64,000 nucleotides of DNA from a virus (lineage: Duplodnaviria > Heunggongvirae > Uroviricota > Caudoviricetes), in IMG/VR virus record IMGVR_UViG_3300024269_000002; one strand, 5' to 3'. Below, piece by piece: positions 35,869-46,251 of the stretch. The notes below the pieces were generated by a model. It saw only the letters and a list, made by a program, of their open reading frames with translations, was not told the DNA's origin and searched no databases. The number at the start of each line of letters is the position of its first letter. Within the stretch, counting starts at the first letter, position 1. Position numbers and translations under genes: made by a program.

Positions 35869-37838
35869 CACTAAGTGACATCATTGCTCTTTGGATGAAA
35901 CACACTGAGTATGATCCCGACAGAAAATCGTTCCGCCTCGGTTCAATGATTTCTCAAGCGCATACTTGTACTAAGTTAATGTCAGAGTTAACAAATGAAT
36001 ACGACAACTCAGGTATGCTTGCAGTACTGTACGCCAGAAGTTGCTATGATGAGATGCTTGATGACTACAGAATCAATCTTGCAGAGTTTGTAAAGGACAA
36101 GAATGCCATTCAAGAATACTGGGATATGTGGGATGCGTTCAACTCTCCTGTAATCAAAGAAGCTGAAGATCGACTTGTTAACATGTTTAATAATCTTGTA
36201 ACAAAAGTTTCTGGTGTTGCATTACTTGGTGAGGGTGATAGAGAATCCGATCTCAAGATGTTGTATGCTAGTGTTCAAAAAGTTACCGAGTCCTTGTGCA
36301 AGGTTAAGGTAGAATCCTTTCTGAAGGGAGCCCCTTGCCTCGGAACTTTCGAGCACATTAGTTCTGTTATAGAAGTTTTTCCAACTCTGGCGCAGTATTT
36401 GAGAGTTGTTGAAAATAGAGTGGATGGAGTTTACATTGCATATATATCTCAGTACGGTAAAGCAGGTGGCTACTTTACATTCATTCTGAAAAGTAACGGC
36501 AACATCATTTCTCTGAATGATCGCATCGATGAAGCTTATGTAGGGCAACACGGAAATTGTCGTAATGGTCGTTGGCAAGAAGCTGCCCTATTTGATCTTT
36601 TCCCTTATGATGAAATTCTTGACTTTAGTAGCCATGATTACAAAGGATATGCAACAAAGTGGACCGTCAAAGAAACTGAAGACAATGGCATTCCGTTGAA
36701 GACACTCAAGCAAGAATCTTACATGGCTATTCTACTTGCACTTATTCTGATTACAGGTAAGTACAATAACAAGGATGTGAGCGATGTTAAACAAAGATTG
36801 CTGGATACATTGTTAACTCCTAACTTAACTTTGTTGGAAGAACATTGTGATACTACAGCTCTTGTTCCTATCAACAGTAGTGCAATTGTTGCTTATGCAA
36901 ATGATTGGAAGCCTTCCGTAGATACAAGTATTATTCTTGATAAGAGTTACGGAGACAGATTTGATCATTCAAAAAATAAAGATAAGCACTATACAGAGAC
37001 AGGGACCTTCAAAGGATTCAATCAAGAATTTGTTGATTGGTATGCTGATGATTTTGTTCTGGACGCCTCAAAAATCATGTATACTCCTGATCGGTTGGCA
37101 ATTACTGACGGAACTACAACGATGAAACATGCAGAGTTTGTAGGTACTCGTGAAAAGTTTGAAATGGAAGTATATCGTCAAGGCAGAAAACAGCTTGCAG
37201 AGCATATTCAGCGTAGAATGATTCGAGAGTTCGAAGAATTCGGCGGACATGAAGCAGTGATGAAATGGTTTTACAATCTTGTTTTAAGCAACAAGGATAA
37301 GATTCTAAACCTTGCCCTTGATAAGTGGCAAGCAATCAAAATTGATGAGACGGAAAGAAGCTACGAAAGATCTTTCTGTTGGATCCCTTGTTCACAAGAA
37401 CTACACACCACGATTGAAGAAACATACGAACATTTCCAGATGTTGGACCATAGTGTCAACGCCCCTCAAGAGTTGAAGGGAAGACACGGTGACTACTATG
37501 CAGAGAAGTGGAAGTGCCCCATTACTGGTACAACTGCAAATGTATGGTTCCATTTCTTACCTTGTAGCTACAAGGAGATTGAACGAATCTTTGGAGTAGA
37601 AGTTCCTCGAGTTATGAAGGGCTATACTATCACAAGCCCTGTTGATGGATTTGCAAAAGGTAACAGTATTCTTTCTTCTACTGATGCTGTTGCAGATATT
37701 GATCATATCTACACTTCTCAAAGTAGTACAGCAAGACTGCTGAGAGGAAGAACTCCTTCCAGCAGATTTGAGTTCAGTATCGGCTTGAGTAAGCGTGGAT
37801 TAAATAAGCTGTTGAAAGAAAGACAAAACAACGGTTGA
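35865..37838 (+). CDS. Large hypothetical protein (657 aa)
   Basis: GGAGG RBS, ATGA overlap; no motif recognised. Confidence 0.85.
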   Translation: MTLSDIIALWMKHTEYDPDRKSFRLGSMISQAHTCTKLMSELTNEYDNSGMLAVLYARSCYDEMLDDYRINLAEFVKDKNAIQEYWDMWDAFNSPVIKEAEDRLVNMFNNLVTKVSGVALLGEGDRESDLKMLYASVQKVTESLCKVKVESFLKGAPCLGTFEHISSVIEVFPTLAQYLRVVENRVDGVYIAYISQYGKAGGYFTFILKSNGNIISLNDRIDEAYVGQHGNCRNGRWQEAALFDLFPYDEILDFSSHDYKGYATKWTVKETEDNGIPLKTLKQESYMAILLALILITGKYNNKDVSDVKQRLLDTLLTPNLTLLEEHCDTTALVPINSSAIVAYANDWKPSVDTSIILDKSYGDRFDHSKNKDKHYTETGTFKGFNQEFVDWYADDFVLDASKIMYTPDRLAITDGTTTMKHAEFVGTREKFEMEVYRQGRKQLAEHIQRRMIREFEEFGGHEAVMKWFYNLVLSNKDKILNLALDKWQAIKIDETERSYERSFCWIPCSQELHTTIEETYEHFQMLDHSVNAPQELKGRHGDYYAEKWKCPITGTTANVWFHFLPCSYKEIERIFGVEVPRVMKGYTITSPVDGFAKGNSILSSTDAVADIDHIYTSQSSTARLLRGRTPSSRFEFSIGLSKRGLNKLLKERQNNG

Positions 37839-37895
37839 ATGTTACATGTAGTTCAATTATAATATTGTTATAAATAAAAAAAGAGGTGAGTTATC

Positions 37896-38231
37896 TTGCA
37901 GAATCAGAATGAAAAGATTGTGGTGAAGATCTGGATCGATGATGTTCGTCCAGCTCCTGAAGGGTACAAGTGGATCAAATCTGTCAATGAAGCCATTGAT
38001 TTTCTTAGAGTGGGAAAGTGGTACGATGACTACATTGTTGATGTAGAATTCATCATTGATATCGATCACGATGCAGGTGACTATGCCACTGACGGTGGTG
38101 ACTATATCAGAGTTCTGGATTGGATGGAACAGGAGAATATGCGTGCAACCTTCCACATTCATTCAATGAATCCTGTTGGAGTACAGAATATGAGAAACAT
38201 TATTCAGCGTAACGGTTGGAAGGAGATATAG
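37896..38231 (+). CDS. Cyclic-phosphate-processing receiver-domain protein
   Basis: IWIDDVRPAP, IDHDAGD, IHSMNPVG..NM. Confidence 0.75.
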   Translation: MQNQNEKIVVKIWIDDVRPAPEGYKWIKSVNEAIDFLRVGKWYDDYIVDVEFIIDIDHDAGDYATDGGDYIRVLDWMEQENMRATFHIHSMNPVGVQNMRNIIQRNGWKEI

Positions 38232-38235
38232 TTTC

Positions 38236-38547
38236 ATGGCAAAACAGACTGATTCTTATGTTATTGGTTTGTCTCCTAACAATCTGCTATTCATTGAATT
38301 CAGCTTTGACTACAGTACAGGTAAAGAGCCAGTTAGTAGAGTAACTTATGGAATAATGCATGTTTCAGAGGCAACAATCATTCCTGGAGAAAAGAATGCA
38401 TTTGAAATATTGCAAGAAATAAAAGATCGTAGAGACAAAATTTCAATTGTTGCTCCAACGATACTTGAAAGCTGTTTGAATCCTGACGGAATAAATGTTG
38501 ATAACCTTCATATCTATGAAGTTCGTGTTGGTTGGGAGGTTCACTAA
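38236..38547 (+). CDS. Hypothetical protein
   Basis: AAGGAG RBS. Confidence 0.65.
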   Translation: MAKQTDSYVIGLSPNNLLFIEFSFDYSTGKEPVSRVTYGIMHVSEATIIPGEKNAFEILQEIKDRRDKISIVAPTILESCLNPDGINVDNLHIYEVRVGWEVH

Positions 38548-38951
38548 GATGGATAGATACATTTATAGAATTGAGGTTGATACCTTCAAGGAATTCAGCC
38601 CACACAATCCTCCTGATGCATACTATGAGTCAAAACTACTTTGCAGAAAAGCTGATGATGCAGAGGCTCCGTGGGAAATTTGTAACATTGTTCATAGTAA
38701 CAGCCCTGAGTCAGCGTTTATCGGGAATAATCATTTCAGATTAAAATTAGAAGGGAAATGGTAATCATGTTTAGGAAGTATTTTGAAAATACACGACATT
38801 ACACTTGTCGTGATTGTGGTAAAGATTTTACGCATAATTTTTTACAGTGGTTCTGGACTATTCTGCATAATGACATCTCTCGTCATCGATATGTTAAATG
38901 TCCGCACTGTAAACATAGACACTGGTTACAAGCCAAGAGGATTATGTAAAA

Positions 38952-39422
38952 TTGAAATTATTCATTCTGTTCACAGTACTAACAACACTCAATGTTATCT
39001 TAAGTACTGTTAAATCACTTGTTACAATAAAGTGCGGCAAATTCATCGCCGCACTTGTTAATGCTCTTGCCTATGGACTCAATACAGTAGCTATTATTTA
39101 CACAGTTTGTGATCTTCCGTTGTGGCTGAAAGTGCTGGTTGTTGCTATAACGAACTTCATTGGTGTATTTATTGTAAAGTGGATTGAAGAAAAATCCCGA
39201 AAAGAAAAACTTTGGAAGATTGAATGTACAATCCCTTACAGCAGATATGAAACACTCCACTACAATCTCGATAATCATTTCTTACCACATAATTATATAT
39301 TACTTGGCGAGAAGTATGCAGTGTTCAATATCTACTGTTCAACAAAATTTGACACAGCGATCGCGTACAAGCTACTCAAAGATGCGGACGCTAGATACTT
39401 TGTTAGCGAAACAAGAGAATAG
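38952..39422 (+). CDS. Membrane protein (DUF5698-like)
   Basis: Three hydrophobic helices, NVILSTVKSL.TIK. Confidence 0.6.
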   Translation: MKLFILFTVLTTLNVILSTVKSLVTIKCGKFIAALVNALAYGLNTVAIIYTVCDLPLWLKVLVVAITNFIGVFIVKWIEEKSRKEKLWKIECTIPYSRYETLHYNLDNHFLPHNYILLGEKYAVFNIYCSTKFDTAIAYKLLKDADARYFVSETRE

Positions 39423-39509
39423 TTAAAACAACAGTATTTTTAGTTGAATACTTTTAACTGTTACTATATAATGATAGTATAATAAATGACCTGATGGAGG
39501 GTATCATAT

Positions 39510-40472
39510 ATGGCACATGAAGTTGAGACAATGTTTTACAACTATGGTAAGACAGAAGAGGAACATAGACGATTGGTTCCTTGGCATGGTCTTGGAACTC
39601 CTGTTGAAGAAGCTCCTACAAGTGCGGACGCATTAAAACTGGCTGGATTAGACTGGAAGGTTGAAGGTAAGCCGATCTTTACCGATAACGGTATCAGAAT
39701 TCCTGGATACGTTGCCAACACACGAGACAATGATGGTTCTGTTCTTGGTGTTGTGACTGAAAAGTACAAGATTGTGCAGAACGAAGATGCGTTTGCGTTT
39801 ACTGACTCTCTGATTGGTGGTGAGGTTCGGTACGAAACTGCAGGTAGTCTTCGTAACGGCAAGAGCACATTCCTGTTGGCTAAGCTGCCTGACACAAAGA
39901 TTCTGGATGATGATTTTGGTCAGTATCTTTGCTTCACCAATACTCATGATGGTAGCGGTGCTGTTAAGGTCATGATGACTCCTGTTCGTGTTGTATGTAA
40001 CAACACACTGAACCTTGCGCTTAATACTACAAAGCGCATGTGGACCTGTAAGCACATGGGCAGCATGAAGGACAAGCTTCATGAAGCTGAAGAAACTCTC
40101 GGCTTTGCTCATAAGTATATGGACAATCTGGCGGTGGTTGCGGAGCGTCTTGCAAATGTTTCTCTTCGGGATGAAGAAATTCAAGCAATTGTTGCGGAGA
40201 TGTTTCCGATGGATGAAAACAGCTCCGAGCGCACAAAAGCAAACATGCAGAAAGCAAAGCAAGAATTCATGGTTGCGTACTATATGCCAGACATTGAAAA
40301 GTTCCGTAATACAGCTTGGGGCTTGCTCAATGCTACAAGCGACTGGATGAGTCACACATCCCCTCAGCGCAACACTCCAACTTATCAGGAGCGTAACTTC
40401 GAGCGCATCATCTGTGGGCATCCTATTCTGGACGCCATTATGAAGAAAGTTGGTGCAGGAGTCAATACCTGA
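39510..40472 (+). CDS. DUF932 phage/plasmid protein
   Basis: MAHEVETM, PWHGLG, AGLDW.V, Y..VQN.DAF, ETAGSL..G, NTHDGS, RVVC.NTL. Confidence 0.85.
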   Translation: MAHEVETMFYNYGKTEEEHRRLVPWHGLGTPVEEAPTSADALKLAGLDWKVEGKPIFTDNGIRIPGYVANTRDNDGSVLGVVTEKYKIVQNEDAFAFTDSLIGGEVRYETAGSLRNGKSTFLLAKLPDTKILDDDFGQYLCFTNTHDGSGAVKVMMTPVRVVCNNTLNLALNTTKRMWTCKHMGSMKDKLHEAEETLGFAHKYMDNLAVVAERLANVSLRDEEIQAIVAEMFPMDENSSERTKANMQKAKQEFMVAYYMPDIEKFRNTAWGLLNATSDWMSHTSPQRNTPTYQERNFERIICGHPILDAIMKKVGAGVNT

Positions 40473-40545
40473 TATCTGAAAATAGTTGATTATCTGTCAG
40501 CAGAAAACTATAATAACTGTTGACAGATATTCTTTGTAAAGGAGA

Positions 40546-42420
40546 ATGATTGTGAGTAAGGAATATACTTCCGAATCAATTCAAGTGCTCGACGACATTG
40601 CACATATGCAATTGCGTAGAGGCATGTATATTGGTGAGGCTAATGATCCTCGTCAGTTGTTGTCAGAAGTATTTGATAATGCAATTGATGAAGTTCAGGC
40701 AGGCTTCAGCGATGAGCTGATTGTCACAATTGACACAGCTACAAACAAGTACAGTGTAAGAGACTTTGGTCGTGGTATTCCTCATGGCAAGAAGACTCTT
40801 GAAAACGGAACCCAGAAAGAGATTCTGGAAATTTTGATCACGAAAGCAAACAGTGGTGGTAAGTTTGATAATTCCTCATACAACTACTCCTCCGGCTTGA
40901 ATGGTCTTGGTCTTACAATTACCAATGCGCTTTCCAATGAAATTCATCTGGCATCTTATCGTGATGGTGCTGTTGTTGAAGCAAGAGCTTACGGCAGTAC
41001 TGTTGTGGATCTTGCATATGAACTTGGCAGTACTGAACGCAACGGTACTCTGGTTGAGTTTATCCCGAATCCGAAGATGTTCCACAGTAAGAAGATTCCT
41101 GTTGACTTCATTCGTGACCGCTGTCGTGTAGCAAGTGCGCTTGGTTTTAGAGCAAGACTGATTGTTGATGGAGTTGAGCAGAAAACAGATGCAAGTATGT
41201 TTGACCTCATCAAAGAAGAAAATGACAAGGTTAGTATCTATGTGAATGTACAGCCTATCGAAGTTGTTGCAACCACAGCTGAAAAGATGAAGGTTGCTCT
41301 GCGATACACTTCCGAAACAAATGACCGATATTTCGGTTATACCAATCTGTTAAGCAACTACCTTGGCGGAACTCATGTTCAGGAGCTTTCAAAGACAATC
41401 ATTACAGCTTGGAAGGAATTCATTGAGAGCCACAAAAACATCAAGCCTTCTGTGGAACTTCACAACAACGACTTCTTGATTGGTCTCCGTGGTGTGTGTG
41501 CGGTATTCATTGCACATCCTGAATTCTCTTCCCAGACAAAGGAAAAGCTCGTTGTTAACAGAAAGTACTTTGAGGAACTAATGGGCTTGTTTAAGTCTCA
41601 GTTCTCTCGTTATCTTGAAGAGAATGTTCTCATTGCACAGCAGCTTATTAAGCGCTTTGAAGAATATCGTGTTGCTCAGAACAATCTGCTTTCCAGAAAA
41701 GAAATTAGCTCGTTGATTAAAGTAAACAACGATGGTGAAGACAACATTCGTAGAAGGTCCGTTGTATCTAAGCTCGTTGAGTGTACTTCCCGCAAGCGTA
41801 AAGACACTGAGCTGTTTATTGTGGAGGGTGACTCTGCGAAGGGTCCGTATATGTTTACACGTAACAAAGAGCTGCAAGCAGTGCTACCTCTTAGAGGTAA
41901 GATCTTAAATGTTACCTACAAGTCCATCAAGGATGCAGTTAAGAACGCAGAAATTTGTGATATTGCAAATAGTATGGGTTGTGGCATCGGTGGCGCTTGT
42001 GATGCAAATAAATCACGATATGAGCGTGTAATCATTTCAGCTGATGCTGACCCTGATGGATTGCAGATTAACTGTTTGGTACTCTCAGTATTTATCAATC
42101 TGTTTCCTGATATGGTTAAACAAGGTAGGGTATTTGTGTCAATGCCTCCGTTGTACTGCTGGGGTGACAATCCAAAAAACTACGGCTGGTGTAACAAAGT
42201 TGAGGACATTCCTGCTGGTGTAAAGAATGTGCATCGTTTCAAGGGCTTGGGTGAAATGAATGATGATCAGCTTGAGTACTTCTTAGTTAATCCTGAAACT
42301 CGAAACCTTATGCAGATTCAGTATCCTTCTGATGTAGAAGAGTTCAACAGAATTCTTGGTACTTCAGCAGGTAAGAATGATCTGCTGAAAGAACTCGGAA
42401 TTGTTGAGAAGGGAGAGTAA
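40546..42420 (+). CDS. Type IIA DNA topoisomerase, ATPase/Toprim subunit (GyrB/ParE-like)
   Basis: EVFDNAIDE, DFGRGIP, GGKF, EGDSAKG, PLRGKILN, DADPDG, RFKGLGEM. Confidence 0.95.
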   Translation: MIVSKEYTSESIQVLDDIAHMQLRRGMYIGEANDPRQLLSEVFDNAIDEVQAGFSDELIVTIDTATNKYSVRDFGRGIPHGKKTLENGTQKEILEILITKANSGGKFDNSSYNYSSGLNGLGLTITNALSNEIHLASYRDGAVVEARAYGSTVVDLAYELGSTERNGTLVEFIPNPKMFHSKKIPVDFIRDRCRVASALGFRARLIVDGVEQKTDASMFDLIKEENDKVSIYVNVQPIEVVATTAEKMKVALRYTSETNDRYFGYTNLLSNYLGGTHVQELSKTIITAWKEFIESHKNIKPSVELHNNDFLIGLRGVCAVFIAHPEFSSQTKEKLVVNRKYFEELMGLFKSQFSRYLEENVLIAQQLIKRFEEYRVAQNNLLSRKEISSLIKVNNDGEDNIRRRSVVSKLVECTSRKRKDTELFIVEGDSAKGPYMFTRNKELQAVLPLRGKILNVTYKSIKDAVKNAEICDIANSMGCGIGGACDANKSRYERVIISADADPDGLQINCLVLSVFINLFPDMVKQGRVFVSMPPLYCWGDNPKNYGWCNKVEDIPAGVKNVHRFKGLGEMNDDQLEYFLVNPETRNLMQIQYPSDVEEFNRILGTSAGKNDLLKELGIVEKGE

Positions 42421-42421
42421 C

Positions 42422-43810
42422 ATGAAAGATTTCATTACTACTGATGCTTGTGAGCTTGCCAAGACTAACTATACTGAATACTCTCAGTATGTTGCTCAAG
42501 GTCGTAGTTATCCTTCCATCTATGATGGTGCTAAGAGCAGCTACAAGAGAGCAATCTATGGTATGTACACCAACAAGACAAGCAAGACTGTTAAGGTTGC
42601 GGAGCTTGCTGCTCATGCTCTTCCTTATCATCCGCACCCTACTTCAGTTGCAGGTGTTATCATTCAGTTGGGAGATGGCGGTAACAAGTTAAAGCTGATG
42701 GACACTCAAGGCAACTGGGGCAACAGTGCTAGACACATTGAAGCGTCTGCAGAAAGATACATTGGCGGCAAGCTTTCTGCTTTGGCTGAGCATCTGTTGT
42801 GTGACTCCATTGAGTACTGCAAATTTGTTCCTGGAGAGATTGATAAGGACGAACCGCTTGCTCTTCCTGCATTGATTCCTCTGTGCTTCATTAACGGTAA
42901 TAGTGGTATTCCCTCAGGACTTCCTACGTTGAATATTCCCACAATTGACATCATTGGAATGATTGATTACTACCTTGATATCCTTGCTCACAAAGATGTT
43001 GAATACAAGCCTAAGAAGCATCCGAAGCCTAACTTAGAAATCAATGTGCTGTCTAGTATCGAGGATTGGAATGCTGTTCTCGAAACCGGTAAGGGCAGCA
43101 TTCGAACTGCTCCTATCATGGAGATTGATTCTTCCAATGTTATCACAATTACGGGTTTACCTAAGACAAAGACTGTTGATCATGTTCGCAAGATTGTTGA
43201 AAAAGAAATCCTTCTTGACAAGATTGATGTTCGAGATGAGACAGCTGAAACTATTCGGATTGTTATTGAGAAGGTTCCTCATAAACAGTGTGACATGAAG
43301 GAACTGTTCAAGAGACTCTACACAAAGCTGCAGTCCTCCGAAACCTATAACTTGGCATTCTTCGATGAAGAAAAGATCTATGTACCTTGTAGCTTCCACA
43401 AAGTTATCAGAACCAACTTACAATATGTTATTGATACACATCGTAATCGGTTGGTAAAGGAAATGGTTCAGCTGAATATCCGACTCCGTGTCCTGCAAAT
43501 CATCGAGGACATGAAGAAAAAGAACAGCTTGAAGAGTTTGTTTGACCTGGATAACAAGGCTGCGTTAAGTCACATTTGTACCACATATAAATGTGATGAA
43601 GATATTGCAAGCAAAGTGCTGCAGAAACCCATTTCTTATTTAACAAAGGAACACGGTCAGGAACTTGTTGACTTGATGGCAGCAATTGATGAGAATGTCA
43701 CTAATCAAAGTGACATTTATGAGTTCATGACTAAGAAATACAAGGCGCTAAAGAAAGAGCTGACTCCTATTCTCAAGAATAAGTTTGCTCCGACAACCTT
43801 CATTAAATGA
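42422..43810 (+). CDS. Type IIA DNA topoisomerase, breakage-reunion subunit (GyrA/ParC-like, no pinwheel CTD)
   Basis: R..P...DG.K, YHPH, QGNWG, active site SAERY. Confidence 0.9.
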   Translation: MKDFITTDACELAKTNYTEYSQYVAQGRSYPSIYDGAKSSYKRAIYGMYTNKTSKTVKVAELAAHALPYHPHPTSVAGVIIQLGDGGNKLKLMDTQGNWGNSARHIEASAERYIGGKLSALAEHLLCDSIEYCKFVPGEIDKDEPLALPALIPLCFINGNSGIPSGLPTLNIPTIDIIGMIDYYLDILAHKDVEYKPKKHPKPNLEINVLSSIEDWNAVLETGKGSIRTAPIMEIDSSNVITITGLPKTKTVDHVRKIVEKEILLDKIDVRDETAETIRIVIEKVPHKQCDMKELFKRLYTKLQSSETYNLAFFDEEKIYVPCSFHKVIRTNLQYVIDTHRNRLVKEMVQLNIRLRVLQIIEDMKKKNSLKSLFDLDNKAALSHICTTYKCDEDIASKVLQKPISYLTKEHGQELVDLMAAIDENVTNQSDIYEFMTKKYKALKKELTPILKNKFAPTTFIK

Positions 43811-43814
43811 TTTC

Positions 43815-43845
43815 ATAGCGCAGCTACATGAAGTGGCTGCGCTAT
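43815..43845 (+). terminator. Hairpin/terminator of ATAGCGCAG family
   Basis: ATAGCGCAGCTAC-ATGAA-GTGGCTGCGCTAT; related copies at 45819 and 50497. Confidence 0.7.
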
Positions 43846-44109
43846 CAAGTTGAATATCAAACAGTTATCTATTATAATAAGATCATAATAGATAAGGAAG
43901 TGATTCTGTGAAACAGCTCAAAGTTCAAATCGTGTGTGATGAAACAAAGCATACAGTTGCTATTTCAGTTGATGATGGTGAGTTCATGACTTATAAAAAC
44001 GACAATCCTGTTATAGATCGTCTTCTGAAATATTTGGACTGGCCCGAGCGATACAATGTTGTAGTTGACTCTGTTAAATAACAACTCAAAGAAAGATGAG
44101 GATTGAAAT

Positions 44110-44580
44110 ATGAAAATGAATCAGCTGATTGAAAAGATCAAGTCTATTCCTGGTGGTCGTTTCTTTCGTGTGCGGTACATGACTAAGGTAAAGATGACTG
44201 CAGAATCTCTGCAGAAGGGGTTGACAATCATTAAGATTGTTGAAACCACAACTCGAACCGGCGTCAAGTACAAGAACATTGCAGGGGTTGTTCCGAACGA
44301 GTACCCTGACAGCTATGTTCCGAAGCAGACTAACTGGGAGTGGGTTATCCCTCAGCGAGTAAAGCACAATAGCAAGACTGGTAAGGATTACCTCGTCATT
44401 GCTCCGATCGAGAAGGGACATAACACTCATGTGTCGTATGTTCTCACTGATGCAGATGGCAACAGCCGCATCATTACTAAGGAAGAGGCTAAAGAGTACT
44501 CTGTGGCTTCTTACTGGAAAGATGGCGACAAGCCAGCTGTTATGAATGTCACTTTGGAGAATGTTTTGCTGGTAAAATAA
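44110..44580 (+). CDS. Hypothetical protein
   Basis: GAGGA RBS, typical codon use. Confidence 0.75.
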   Translation: MKMNQLIEKIKSIPGGRFFRVRYMTKVKMTAESLQKGLTIIKIVETTTRTGVKYKNIAGVVPNEYPDSYVPKQTNWEWVIPQRVKHNSKTGKDYLVIAPIEKGHNTHVSYVLTDADGNSRIITKEEAKEYSVASYWKDGDKPAVMNVTLENVLLVK

Positions 44581-44738
44581 CTTCCAGAGTTCTGGCAGAT
44601 TCGACTATAGCTAACAGGAGTAATTGATTAACATGACAACAGTTACTGGTTAACTTTGCTCCTGTTAGCGCCTAAAGCACAAGGAGGGATGTTGCAGGTG
44701 AAATTCCGATATGAGGACCACCGCTACAAACTAAAACT

Positions 44739-45089
44739 ATGCCTACAAAGATCTACATTAGCGCATCAGAAATACAGAATACATGTACAGATAGAGACTC
44801 TCAAGAAACCAACATCAACTGGTTAAGAGATGATGATATACTTGCAGTAGAAACAAGCGACAATACATTTCTTACAAAGATGAAGCACATAATGGAACGA
44901 GATCCAGAAAGCTACAAGTGCTATTACCACGCAGGAAATGTCGATAAGAAAACTGGCAAAGTTTACAGCTATGTATTTGAAGTAAGTAAGAAGCTCTTGA
45001 ACTTCAGAGTTCAAAGTACACGTAAAGAGCTGACTGAAGAAGAAAAGATTGCACTGCGTAAAAGACTCAAAAATATTTCAGATTCATAA
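44739..45089 (+). CDS. Hypothetical phage protein
   Basis: ET.I.W......A...TSD, C-terminal RKELTEEEK...RL. Confidence 0.65.
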   Translation: MPTKIYISASEIQNTCTDRDSQETNINWLRDDDILAVETSDNTFLTKMKHIMERDPESYKCYYHAGNVDKKTGKVYSYVFEVSKKLLNFRVQSTRKELTEEEKIALRKRLKNISDS

Positions 45090-45374
45090 ATCAACTAAGT
45101 TAACAAGAAAAAGTAGTGCTAAATTACATTGTAAACAAAGTAAATGTTGCTCGGGAGTATTAACCGTTTTTTAATCTATTGAAAAACTAGTAAAAATATT
45201 TCAGATTGTAAAAACTGTTAAATAAAAGTGCAAAATTAGCGCTAAATTGATCGTTCAAAGATAAAAAACAAAGCACTACAGCACATAACGCGTTGTAGTG
45301 CTTTTTAGTATGTGCGCAAGTAAGGTCTTGTATATAGTAGTGTAAGTTAACTTATAACAAAGAGGTAAATATAC

Positions 45375-45800
45375 ATGTACGATTTATTTGAAGCTCTAAA
45401 TAGAGCACATGAACTTGATGAAGCTGCTTTCAGCGGCGGCATGGCTGGTGACAATAGTGCTAGTGGTGGCACTATTCGTGGTAGAGGTGCTTCTACACAG
45501 CCTGGAAAGAACAACTACTTAAACAGAATGAAGAGCAAGAATCCCGATCTTGTTGACACTATGGTAATCAAAGTTAGTGACATTAAGCCTGGAATGATTA
45601 CTCAAGCTGGACAAGTTAAGGAAGCTGAGCCTCGTAGTCATGTTAGCGGTGGCAAGAAGATGTACATTATGCACACCAATGGCTATGATGGATTCTGGGG
45701 TCTTGATGAAACAATGGATGTTATGGTTGATCCTGAGAACAAGTCAAAGCCCTTCAGTGGTGATTACAGATCTCTGTTGAAGATGGGCCTACAAGAATAA
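45375..45800 (+). CDS. Hypothetical protein, possibly virion-associated
   Basis: GAGGT RBS, preceded by TTGTATAT motif. Confidence 0.75.
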   Translation: MYDLFEALNRAHELDEAAFSGGMAGDNSASGGTIRGRGASTQPGKNNYLNRMKSKNPDLVDTMVIKVSDIKPGMITQAGQVKEAEPRSHVSGGKKMYIMHTNGYDGFWGLDETMDVMVDPENKSKPFSGDYRSLLKMGLQE

Positions 45801-45908
45801 TCTGTTACAATTGATATCATAGCGCAGTTGCACTTAGTTGTAGCTGCGCTATTTAGTTGTATATTTTAACAGTTTATTATATAATGTATATAAGAAGATA
45901 ACTGGAGG

Positions 45909-46229
45909 TTGAGCTTTATGGAAATGTACACGATCAAGGATATGGTAGCAAACAAGATGGTGGCTGTTATCGATGGTACTGAGATGTCAATGGAGGAGGC
46001 TCTTGAATTCTTACGAAAAGAAAACAAAGAGCTTACTGAGCAAAGAGACTTAGCTGTTGAATGTGTTGAGATGTTTATCAAGTCCTGTGGCTCTTGTGCT
46101 TTATGTGCAAAGATGGATTGCAAGTTGAGATACAAGCATAGAACTTGGGAAAGTCCTTGTAGTCCTATCTGGAGTGGTCACATGGATGCTGCAGCTGGTG
46201 GATCTTGTATATACTGTTATGATAAGTAA
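45909..46229 (+). CDS. Hypothetical Cys-rich protein
   Basis: Promoter at 45855, GGAGG RBS. Confidence 0.65.
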   Translation: MSFMEMYTIKDMVANKMVAVIDGTEMSMEEALEFLRKENKELTEQRDLAVECVEMFIKSCGSCALCAKMDCKLRYKHRTWESPCSPIWSGHMDAAAGGSCIYCYDK

Positions 46230-46251
46230 ATAACTGTGAGGTTAACTATAT

